DNA of 63,870 bases, counting the filler, from Choristocarpus tenellus KU-1152 (Eukaryota; Protista; Phaeophyceae), in NCBI GenBank assembly GCA_964200185.2. It is 11 parts of 11 records of this genome, joined end to end, with 100 filler letters (N's around TTAATTAATTAA, not from the genome) between each part and the next. Parts side by side here need not be neighbours in the genome. Positions count along the whole stretch, not along the records: positions 8,075 to 16,566 come from CAXNAD020004652.1; positions 16,667 to 21,092 come from CAXNAD020014601.1; positions 21,193 to 26,802 come from CAXNAD020010259.1; 8 more parts are not named here. One strand, 5' to 3'. A program made the position numbers and the translations under genes. Of the stretch, positions 11,901 to 24,100 are shown piece by piece; the first letter of the stretch is position 1; each line of letters begins with the position of its first letter. The notes beneath the pieces are model-generated. The model made no database searches and was not told where the DNA came from. It saw only the letters and a list, made by a program, of their open reading frames with translations.

Positions 11901-14900
11901 ACAACATAATAACAATAATAACTTCTGAATATCTTTAAAAACAACACATAGTTTTTTTTATCATATGAACACCCAAGACGAGCCAGAAAGGCCAATACCA
12001 CCACTATACCTTACCCTAACCCTAGTCCATCAATAAACAAAAAAAAAGAAGCAAACACAACCTCTTTTCAAACAATAGCCCTAAAAATATTTCTATAGAA
12101 AATTACTACAATAAAAACAAAACACATGACAAACAAAAAAATTATGTTATCTTCAATTAAAGTCATCTTCCTACCTTTCCACAACAGACGCGAGTCCATC
12201 CTCAAACCACAATTGTACTCTGATTGATTTGTTTATAATCACAATTGTACTCAGATTGATCGACTCGTTTTAATCACAAATGTACTCAGATTGCTTGGTC
12301 GTTAACAGTACTACCAACATCCACAACCCTGGGGTGGGAGGAGGTCAAAGGGAGGAGAGGGAGGGGGAGAGGTAAGATCTTATTTCTTTTTTTCTTACCA
12401 GGGAGCTCTCAAAGTGCATTGCACAGTCCAGCGCCCTGTGTACGTGAGAGACTTCCCCCTTCCTCACACACATAAAAACAGCACGGTTTGCAACCGAATG
12501 ACCCACGGGAGTGCCTGCATAGTCAGTTACATACACATAATCAGTTACATACACATAGTCAGTTACATACACATAATCAGTTACATACACATAGTCAGTT
12601 ACATACACATAAGTCATACACATAGTCAGTTACATACACATAAGCCATACACATAGTCAGTTACATACACATAAGTCATACACATCAGTCATACACATAG
12701 TACATAAACATAATTCATGCATAAGTCATACACATAAGTCATGCACATAAGTCATACACATAAGTCATACACATCAGTCATACACATAGTACATAAACAT
12801 AATTCATGCATAAGTCATACACATAAGTCATGCACATAAGTCATACACATAAGTCATACACATAGTACATACACAAATACAAATTAATAATGATAACAAT
12901 ACAAAATAATATAAGATAATAATAATAATAATAATGTACTGTCTTACAATTGGCCGACGCATACAACATTACAGATTAAACCAATAAGAAAAAGAGGAAC
13001 ACTAAAAACATTAAAAAAACTTCATGTTTCCAGAACGCAAAAGGAATAAATCACTAATTGAAATCAAGGAGGTAGTAGTTAGAGGTCAAACTACAATCAG
13101 ACTACAATCAGACTTGCCTCCCTCCTTCGCCTCCTCTAGAACACCCACTGCAGCATCCATATCACCTTGCTATGTTAACCAAACATATTTCAAGAGAGAG
13201 GAGAAGGGGAAAAGAAGGGAAGGGAGGCATCACATCCATCAGATACCCTCAACATCAAAACACAAATAAATGATGAATGTACATAAAATATAGATAAATA
13301 GATAGATAGATAGGTAGATAGATAGATGTGTATATCCATGAGGACACACATAAATACATGTATACATAAATACCCACAAAAGGTGTGACTACACCTCTGA
13401 ACATATCCCTCACATCAGACCACATCAGACCACATCAGACCATCATGCGCAGCAAATTACAAAAAAAAAATTAAATGAAGACAGCAAACGCCATCACAAT
13501 GTTTGATCACCAAAATCAGGCAAAGAAGACACGAACACTTTCTTCCTTCAATTTTTTTTTTTAAATCATAAAAAATCAGGTTATTCTAAGAATAGAAAAA
13601 AAATGTTGATCGCTTGAATTCCACCAACATCAGTGAATTCATTCCGTTACGACATGTCCATCGAGTTTTATTTTTTGTGATGGACAATAAAGAAAAATTA
13701 GTTGGTACTTTGTTCAAATCAACACTCAGCAAAACATAAATTTATAATTAAATTTAAAAACTCTTAAGGCACCATCACCCCTCAAGATAAAATAAAACAA
13801 AACAAAATAAACAATAAAACAAAATAAACAATAAAACAAAATAAACAATACATGGATGTCGTATCACCACCGTGGTGCTGTCTGTTGATGTACACACTCT
13901 TTTATCAAATAAAAAAAATATGTAACACTACTACAACACTCCTCAAACAATATAAATTAAAATTAAATCGAAAAAAAACTATACTTTAATTTTTTATTTC
14001 AACGATATCATATTGATATCGTTAGTCATCTCCATCTTAAAAAATTAAAAAATATCCACGCACACTGACAAACATCACCAAGAAATAAAGGGACACACAC
14101 ACACAACACAACATATACAACACAACACACACAACACAACACAACACAACACAACACAACACAACACACACTGACTGTAGTGTACCTGAAGAAGCATGAT
14201 CGTGTATGCCTGCATGGACTTGATGTTAGGGGAAAGACCAAGGGTCTTCATGAGCTCATAGCAAAAGGTAGCCTCCTCCTTCATCTCTGCCTTTGATGTT
14301 GCCACGATGACATTGTTCATGAAGTTAGTTGTCGGCCTGAAGTCCTGCATTCAAGAGGAGAAAGAAATCGAAGGAAGAACAAACACTATCATCAATCATC
14401 AAATTAATCATCAAATCAGATTTTTTTTCTCTCCAACTAAAAGTAGAACAAAAAATAACATACATGCAATGGGACTCAAAATAATACAAAAAAATGTTCT
14501 TTTTTAAATGTAAAAAAAAATACGCAAATCATAATTGGAAATAAAAATCAAAACGTATCATAAAATCGGTCAAGGAAATAAAAAAATAAAATGGACTTGA
14601 AAAAATATATATATCACCTTGCAAAATAAAAAATATACGGCACAACAACAACAGAACATTTTTTTTAAATACTCCAAATATATATATATATATGAAGACA
14701 CGTATCCTTCGCATTCCAAACTTCAACCCCTCACTCTTTACTCAACAAACTACTCCCATAAGAAGAGAGACCTAACCTACCTATTAGGATTTGTCATGGT
14801 CGAACCCAGGTACACATCACCCACCAAAAGATTGAGAAAAAAAAATGTCATGTTCTTTTTTGTTTCGGTTTTTCTTTTCTTTTTTACAAAATGCTCTACA

Positions 14901-15911
14901 AAACAAAACAAAACATTTATTACTTCTTGAGGGAGGGAAGGATTCGCTCATTTTATTTTTCATTTACGAACGCACTGCTGACATATTTATGTTTGGTTCT
15001 TTCACTTGGGAGGGAGGGGGGGGGGGCTAACCATTACACTTATTTCATTTTTTGAGATGATTTCTACATAATTTTATGTTTATTAGTACAAAAACGTTAC
15101 GTAATTTCATTTGTGCGATAAACAGGAAAAAAACGTGTTTTTTCCCCTCTTTGTCAAAAGGCATTTTCAATACAACACCATTACTCTTGGTTTATATAAA
15201 CCAAAATGACTTAACAGATAAGAATAATATAAATACAAAGATAATAATCTTAAAAATTATGAAACCATTAGAATATATATATTAGTTTACACTTCTATAA
15301 TGATGACCTCAAGATAAGCAGTATAAGAGAACTTTTCGTGTACAGTGATAAACAAGCAAACGTCACACATATATTAAGCAACTCCATTTCTTACTCAATC
15401 AACTCCAACCACAACAAACCCCAACACGCCTTCAGAATCTCAATATAAACCTGAACTTTATCAAGTAACACCAAAACAATGATATTAATTATATTAATAT
15501 AATGTCCACTACATCATCAATACTATCGTTGCTTCAATGTAATTAGGAGTGTATAATTCCTCATACACCCCTCCCTAACAAGAACATACAGTTTCCATCC
15601 CCCTCCAGTTAACCCCATAACCCTCACCACATTAATAATAAAAAATAATAATATTACATAATAACAATAATGATAATGATAATGATGATAACAATAATAG
15701 TAACAATAATAATAAAATACAAAATAATAATAATAATAATAACCAAAACACATACCAAAAGAAATTGAAGCACAATTTTGTTCTAGGTTGTATCAGTGAA
15801 AATAAAAAATAACAATTAAAAAAAAAGTATGTTACGTACAGCATTGGGACTGTCTTGTAAGCTCCTCATCAGATCCATCGCCCGCTTTCCATCAGACAGC
15901 TCAGTGCATAC
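8494..15911 (-). CDS. Pentatricopeptide-repeat (PPR) protein, internal exons 15840-15911, 14186-14344, 13118-13169, 12399-12514, 10630-10740, 8494-8577
   Basis: Exons have AG/GT (one GC) boundaries and splice in phase into PPR-like units, e.g. PTTNFMNNVIVATSKAEMKEEATFCYELMKTLGLSPN, AYTIMLLQQGDMDAAVGVLEEAKEGG, DYNFTVVGLFHGGRDRDALATM. Confidence 0.75.
12519..12875. repeat. Intronic minisatellite (18-bp ATAGTCAGTTACATACAC decaying to ~14-bp units)
   Basis: Visible tandem copies immediately upstream of a PPR acceptor. Confidence 0.9.
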
Positions 15912-16379
15912 CTGCAGAGAGAGACCCCACCATCACAGGTAACAGGTAACAGGAAACAGGAAACAGGAAACAGGTGCCGGGAAAGAAGTTGGAATATGTT
16001 CAAAATGTTTTAAAAGTTTACAAGTATCTCACAGGTATAGCCGGTTACATACAGTGATAGCGAGGAGAACAAATTGAAGACTCTTCCCAACCCTAACCCT
16101 AGCCCTAACCCTAGCCCTAACCCCATCAATTATTGCAATACTACTGTGAACTTCAATTCTAAAAGGTCAGATCTTCCTTCCTCTCCATTGAAGTGTACCA
16201 CATTCAACAGTTACATACACACCAAGTACAGAAAAAAAAGACAAGAAAACGAACCCTTATCTCTCACATTTCTAAAAAAAAAAATGAAGTGTGTTCAACC
16301 AATCGCATCCAATGCTTTTCTTTTTTTTTCAATGTGACTCCTTACGAGACAATTACAGTACCTACCGATAAACACTATC

Positions 16380-16533
16380 AATACAATACAATACAATACA
16401 ATACAATACATTACAATACATTACAATAAAATACAATACAATACAATACATTACAATACAATACAATACAATACAATACAATACAATACAATACAATACA
16501 ATACAATACAATACAATACAATACAATACAATA
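16380..16533. repeat. (AATAC)n microsatellite
   Basis: About 30 tandem pentamers. Confidence 0.95.
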
Positions 16534-17740
16534 AAAAACAGTATTGGTTCAAAGTATCTGGGGGGGNNNNNNNNNNNNNNNNNNNNNNNNNNNNNNNNNN
16601 NNNNNNNNNNTTAATTAATTAANNNNNNNNNNNNNNNNNNNNNNNNNNNNNNNNNNNNNNNNNNNNCCCCACCCAAACCCCCCCCCCCCCCCCCCCCCCC
16701 AAGATACTTTGACCAGTATGATAGTCCAAAAATAACATGATTAATACTACAATACTAATCAGTAATATAGTGCAATACAACTACTACATTCTACATATTT
16801 GACATGAGGTTCAGGCCATTCAATATCACATGAGGGTTCCAAAACCAAAACGTGTCGTTGATTTTGTTGACTTATCTAGACTGATCACTCTCCTTCATAT
16901 ACTGTGAAGTGTATGTCTCTTGTCCGTTCTGTTAGAATTTAAAGGTCAAATCAAACGAAACGCCTGAAACCCTCCATAAAAATATTAGAGTTCGAATTGA
17001 CTTTGTTTGGGGGCTTGCGTCGGTAGATAGAAAGCGCAACACTATTGGCTTTATTCTGAGGCACCACGCATGAACTGGATTAGTCGTGTCTATGTCGACG
17101 AGCGTCTGCCGGTGCTACGATGGCTGTGGGTGCCCTTTGGGCGAAGTTGCTGAATCCTTTTTCTCAGACATCCAAACGGTGGGAGACTATTCAAATTGCC
17201 ATGTACATAGATGTGAAGTTGGTCAGTCAATTGACTTCCGTTCAGAAGTATAGAGATAGCTTCGTTTTCTGAGCCAAGCGTGCAAAATTTATCGGATTTG
17301 GCGGAAGACCACGTCAAATTTTCCAACTCATCGAGCAGTGTCGCCTGTGAGGGACTGCAATTATCTCCGTCATATGTGCAGCATCTCGATGGTCGGTTGC
17401 ACATACCCTGACGGTATCATTCACGCCGTTCAGCTGAGTAAGAGCGATGAGGCCTCTTATAAATCCGTAGTGCTCAGTCTGATCAACGTATCCACCTTCG
17501 TCACTATATCAAGAGTTGCCCTTGCGGCGTGCAACGAGATCTCTAAGCTATATACCAAAGTTCCGCCTCTGTGCACCTTCTGGCTCTTACTTCCGACTTA
17601 GTTTTCACCAAGCTTAGGCCGGTATAGTGAGACTTACATTATGTTTTTGCTCCTGTAAACCGGAGAGTACGAATGATGGTTCATATTGTACCAGAAATTC
17701 TAGGTGTACTTAATGCTGCCCTCCATTGATGTTTGACCAG

Positions 17741-19813
17741 GATGAGCTCAATTCTGCCGTGGAGACTGCTGTTCGTGAATATGTTCGCATCCGCCAGGTC
17801 CCTGGCCTCTGTTCAGACATAAGAAAATGGGGCAGTGCACCTGTGTTAGCAGGAGGACCTGGCTCACCCAATGCCAGAAGGTCTAGGGGGAGCTCTGTAT
17901 CCTCACCTAGCAATGGTGATTACTGCCCTATTCCATCACCAACGTGGCAGTTGATTGGACCCGAGGGGTCACTTAGTCAGGTGCTTGATCTCCAAGACAA
18001 GAGGGAGGGCTGTGTCGATGAGATTCAAGATAAGGGAGAGCAGGTGGCGGACGGAGTTCAACTTTCTCTGTTTGGTGGAGGCGAAGAGACACGAGTGCTT
18101 GCACACTCTCAATCAACTCCTGTCCTAGCAAAGAATGACGTAGGGGATCCTCAGGGGCATAGAAAAACCGGAAATGTATCGACTAGGGTGAATCCGAAGC
18201 AGGTATGGGCATAAGACTATCCTTTGATACAACAAGTCCAAAACCAAATTACAATGTATGAGCCAACACCTTATCGTGATATACGGTCCTGTGTTGCGGA
18301 CTGATAAGGAACCGAATGATGTCACATCTGCTCTTAACTTTCAAGACTTCAGGAATCCTACCTTTTCCCAAACGAATTTCAATACCTCAGGCGTCTGCTT
18401 CCTAAAACAATGACATCCTTGCTTCCTGCGATCAATTATGTTCAGCTGCTTCGTATATTGAGGGAGGAAGCCGTGGCATCCTCACGCAAGAAACTACAAG
18501 CTAAGTCCTCCAAAGGAGAATCATCCCTCCCTCAACCTCGTCCTTTCCGTGCTCCTGATGATTGGGATGACACGGGTCTGTTCACTAGTGTCCCTCGTGC
18601 CAAGACTGTTCTTGCTCATCAGCCAATGTGTTCACCATTGCTCCCTCGAGCAGCTGCATTAGCAGCTTCTGTGGATGGCAGCACGGGGCAGAGGGTCAGT
18701 CAGGAGGCGAGAAAGGGTGATCTGAGGGCTGCCAGGCCCAGCGTCAGGGGAAAGGTCAGGAATTTGGATGAGGGGAGAGATGCTTCGGTTGAATTCATAG
18801 ATGAAAGGGAGGGTGCCATGGTCAACCTTGCCTTGGCATTAGCTAGGAGGGCGTTACCTTGGCAGGCACAGCTGTGCCCTCGAGCTCTTCAAGATATGGA
18901 GATTGCAAGGGTTCAGGTGAGGCTGTGAGTTAGATGGAGGCAGGTGGTATCTTGGTTCTCGCTCTAGCTGTTGTCCCTCTTGTTTCTCAGTCCTATGGAT
19001 TGATATCTTCAGAGTTTGAGCAAGGGAAGGAGGGTTATGTAGTGCTGTTGTGTAGATTCCGCATCACATATATTTGAATAGACCTGGAGAGGAGTCATTT
19101 GGTGTTCATTAGACTGCATGCAGGAGAGGCACAACACGTTGGGTATCTGCTAGTAAAATCCAAGTGTGTGTTTGCACATGAGTGAGCGCCTTCATTGGTC
19201 ATTAGCTTTGAGGGGATTGCCAAGCACCTTGAGAATGGCTTAGAAGTTTGCATCGATTGGTGTGCCTTATCCCCATTTCCCAGTTTCACTCTTCACTTTG
19301 TATTACTTCAAGCGAATATTTCATGGTACAAAGAGGCACAGCATAATGACAATTATCCATTGTTACCTCTCGTTGTCTGAAACATCCCCTATAATGAGGC
19401 GATCCCACCAAGAGACAAGAATCACCCGCTGCACACAGATATTTCATGAGAGGGAGAGAAGTCAGTCTTTGAGATACTCTAAACGCCAAGTCTCAGAGTT
19501 GGAGAGGGCGTTTAGGGTTCAGGAGGAGTGGAAGGAGGCGTTTCGGTGTGGCCAGTCAAAGCTCTTTGAATCTGCTCTGGCTAGGGTGAGTAAATTTCTT
19601 ATGAATAAGTTGACACAAAAGATTGTGTTACTTAACTGCAACCATCATATATCTTTGTTATTCACTCTAGTCCTTTAGCCTAATTCTCCTTGCTATGGGT
19701 GGAGTATAAGTTGCTACCACCAAGTCCTTACGCATCTGAGGAGATATATTGCAATAGCCAGAGAGTTGCGAAGAAGGATATACTTGAAGTTAAGAGTTAA
19801 CCATCTTCTTTGA
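17741..19813 (+). CDS. Hypothetical multi-exon protein (exons ~17741-18202, 18353-18916, 19313-19585, 19679-19813)
   Basis: Long ORFs bounded by AG acceptors and gtatgg/gtgagg/gtgagt donors, all phase 0; no recognisable domain. Confidence 0.45.
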
Positions 19814-20214
19814 AGTAGAAGGGTTGATTTCACTGTGCAATGTTTTTCTTCAACAAGAAAGTATGATATCGCTTTCTTGCTTCTTTGGATTCAAAAGTCT
19901 AGATCCACTATGTGTAGAAATTATGTGTTGCATCACATGACTGCATGCACTTATTTGTTGCCCAACAAAAAACTCCCTCCCCCTTTATCTCTACCAATCT
20001 ACAATGGTTGAGCAAGATAAACACGATTTTTGAGAGAATGGAATCGTCCTTTGTGAGCTTCACCAAAGAAATGCATATACTTGAGAGGATTCGTGTGTCC
20101 AAGTCCGAGGCAAGTCCGAATATTTTGATGTACCTTGAACTTTCCTTTCCTTTTGGCAGTTTGGTCCCTTGCTGATGCCCCAACCAACTTTGCCACCTCC
20201 ACTGTGAATTATCA

Positions 20215-20395
20215 GGCTCAAAGTATCTGGGGGGGGGTGGCGGCTGTCCATTTGGACCCAAGTTTTTCATGTCGTGTTTTTTGGGTGATTTGGTTGCATA
20301 CGTTGGATAGATGATGTAATTTCACCTTTCTTGGCTATGGTCCAAATGGACACCCTGGTGTAGACCCACCCCCGCCCCCCAGATATTTTGGGTCC
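20215..20395 (+). mobile_element. Complete ~180-bp MITE with G-tract TIRs and TCA target duplication
   Basis: GGCTCAAAGTATCTGGGGG...CCCCCCAGATATTTTGGGTCC, TCA on both sides, internal 14-bp inverted repeat 20245-20258/20339-20352. Confidence 0.85.
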
Positions 20396-20932
20396 TCAAG
20401 TGTCAGTGCTACTGACTCCTTACGACCATGTAATGTTAGCAACTTACTCCCCACTGACAAACCTCCATCTATAGCAGTTGCCCAACCATGCCCATACAAC
20501 ATCCTGCAGCACATTGATAACTTACTGTGGCTCAGATACTAAACATTGATGATGACATCGCTATGGAAATATCCTAGGATTTGCGTTGAACACCTATGCA
20601 TCCTACCTACCAGCAAGTACCAGTTGCACATTGAGCACCAACATGTAAAGGCCACACTCCTCAGCTGCAATCTACACTAATTCTGAATTGTACAGTATTA
20701 GAGCAAAAAAATAAAAAAGGAATAAACCCAATACTATTATCCCTCGCAAAGATTTACTGAGAGGAGTGAATTCCAAAAGAGAATCTTGCAAGGCATCTAC
20801 TAGCCAGTACACTTGCAAGAGGTCGAAAGGTGCTTGATACCAACCTCAACAAGCTCCAGAAGTTCGTTAGACCTTCCAAACTACTACAGAGGAAAAACTC
20901 TTTTGTTCAACGGCTGTGGTTGACTGTGCTTC

Positions 20933-21092
20933 GGCTCAAATTATCTGGGGGGGTTGGCGGCTGTCCATTTGGGGCCCATTTTCCATGTCCCTATTTTTGG
21001 GGTGATTTGATTGCATGCATCAGACGGATAATAAAAATGCACTTTTCCTATTCAGGACCCGAATGGACATCTTTGTGTAGACCCCCCCCCCC
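20933..21092 (+). mobile_element. Second copy of the G-tract MITE, truncated at the contig end
   Basis: Collinear with 20215-20395; ends in the C-tract at the gap. Confidence 0.85.
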
Positions 21093-21192
21093 NNNNNNNN
21101 NNNNNNNNNNNNNNNNNNNNNNNNNNNNNNNNNNNNTTAATTAATTAANNNNNNNNNNNNNNNNNNNNNNNNNNNNNNNNNNNNNNNNNNNN

Positions 21193-24100
21193 CCCTCCAC
21201 CACTACAGATCCCCCCCCCTCTTCCTCTGCTCGACAGGATGCAGCTGCCACACCATCCCCTCCCACTGCACCTCCAACAGATCGATTGGAACCAAATCTA
21301 TCCAACCTTACTGAGCTTGAACCAGCTCTAGGCCACAACCTGAACGGGCGCCTTGGCACCCATTCTTGTACCTGATCCGAGCCCGGCATAAGCCCACCAC
21401 CATCACCCGTTCCCCCTCCCCCCCACTCCCCCCTACCCGCAGCAGACTCAAAGCCACCACCAGTACTACCACCAGTACTACCATCAAGAGAGGCCACCGA
21501 GGGATTACGCCTGGCAACATATACAAGCTGGCTCTTGTACTCATCCCAGAAAGCATTGATAACCACCGTGGTGATGAGGTTCAGCAACACCGCAACTCCA
21601 ATCACATAGTTTAGGATGAAGTACAACCGTGCCCAGCCCGAACCCGTGACCTGGACAAACTCATCAACAATAACATACCTGTAACGTAAACACAACAGGA
21701 AGAGGACAGTGTTGGAGCATTGACATGCACAAAGAGGGGGATGAACGAGTATGTTCGTGAATACATGGTGGAACAACAAGGGGGGGAGGGGGGAGTGCAA
21801 AGTTGTGCCGTTACGATCTATGCCAAGCATCGTACATACAAGGGCAAGGGCAGCCACCAACCGGAAGTTGCAGCAAGTTTGTTAACAGAATGTTAAAACA
21901 CGAAGTAACATTACATGTTTTCACAGGATACGCAATTTAACAAGTAAACTTTGTTCAAAAAAGGAATGCACAACCTTCAAATCAATCGATGGCAAGCAAT
22001 GAAAAGAATGACAACAGCTTCACTATGCCTCGAAAACCTGCGGTAGTTACACCTCCAGAAGCACTTAACCCCACCAAACAACCTCTGATAGCCGCGGCAA
22101 CACAAACATCACTTAGCACACAAGGGCAGGAGCAGCCATCTCACCAGTCATTCACAACAAGGAGAACAAACAGGGTGACAATCGCAGAGATTGTGTTATT
22201 GAAGTTAAGCACTTCGTACTTGCTCTCTGTGTAGGTGTTGGAGGGGATGTACACACCATCACAGTTTTGATCCCCTTCGGCAAGTGCTGGGGCACACACC
22301 AAACCACCAAAAAGCTGTAAGCCACCAAACGTGCAGTGTGACAACCCATCCATTGTGACACCGACAAAAGCAAAACAGATCAGGGTTAGGGTTAGGGTTA
22401 GACTTAGACTTGGATCAAGTGGGCGAGACATCAAGACTGGATCTGGATATATACCAACACATGTAGTCATGGCAGAGATGCACCTTACCCTACAGCACTA
22501 AGTTGAAGTACACAAAAAGGTTTGGCGGGAAAGTGGTAAGGACCACTCTTTGAGGTGACAAAATACTTTTCTTCACTATTTGGCAAACATATTGTTCTGA
22601 AACCTGAAAAAAATATGAGGCTACGTTTCCGCTCATATACAACTTTACTCTCTCTACATTCTTTCAGCACAGTTTGATGCACAGATCATTCGTGTAAACA
22701 ATTAAAATATTCCTGTGGGAGACAGACAGGCTACGCAATCAGAACCGGGTCCCCCAACAAATATTAAAAAACAACTAAAAAAGAGTCGAAACAAACCGAG
22801 GCTTGCGTTCGGAGACACAAAGGGCACAGCTCTAACCACAACGCCTCTGCTCACAGAAGAACTTCACCGGCAACAATACCACGAGAAACATACTTAACAC
22901 GCAGTCGATCACATGCTACATATCAGAAGAAACTAAAAAAAGTCTGAAAAGTCTGGTCCACAAACATCCGGCGTGTACGTACCTGGACACCCAACACCGC
23001 CATGAGAAAAAACCACGCAAACATTACGCTGGCCGGTATGGTAGCCCTATTCATCATGTGAAACAGTGTCTGCACCAAGCCAGCCAGGCGAGGCACCCAC
23101 TTGAGCAGCAGAACCACATGGGCAATGCGCAGAGAGTGAAAGACCCTTACGCCCCATTGTTCAGATAGGCCTCTACATACAAGCAGAAGCACGATGCGTC
23201 CCCAGTGCATTATAATAGGGTTTTAGGGTCAGGGTGTGAAGAGGTCAGAGAAGAGCACACACACACACACACAGGTGGGGTACAATAATACACGAAAGCT
23301 TTTTCGATGTAGGAAAGTTACCAACACCAGAAATGAGGTAAGCTCCTCCAACCCGCGAAGGCACCTCGAGGACATGGTACAAGATGACACGTGTGGAAAA
23401 ATGGTGCAGACAATTAATTTGTTAGAGGACAAAAAAGTAGATATCAACAAGAAGGAACGGCTGCAGTCATCGCAGCCAAGAGTCTTGTCATTGCTTCAAA
23501 CTTTGGCGCTACAGCTGCTTCACGAATCACAGCATCAAAACAGGAATGCCGTCAAAATGCCTACAAAAGCCCTCTCAAACATTTGGAACCCTCTCTTAGC
23601 AGTGTGAAGAGACAGACCCACACCTCTGGCTCAGCAACAGCACACATCCTGCCTCTTACGAAGTCGAGCTCCACGTGCATACCCCCCTTTCTTCATTTTT
23701 ACCATAGCCCTCAACCCTCTCCCGGTCACTAAGGATACAATGAAAGATACCACAGCTGAAAAAAAAAGGTAAGATTTCACGTTCCGCACACGTCAATGCG
23801 ACTTCTGAGGTATGGCATGACCCCCTGGCAGACAGGTAAGCCACCGCTCAACTAGTGGTTGCAGAGATACACAATCCGGATCCCCTGGCTACAACACACA
23901 ACCCTCAACAACAAAAAAAACTGACACTCAACACCTACACCAAAAGAGAGGAGGCCCCATACTGTATCCTCCCCTCAAAAAAATGTTGGAACAATATATA
24001 CTCCGTTCGGGCACAACTTCCTTCAAGCTTGCGCGCAAAACAACCTATACACACTGGTCGTTGTTGTTGCAACACAGAACTGTGGAAGGGACGTTAGGGT

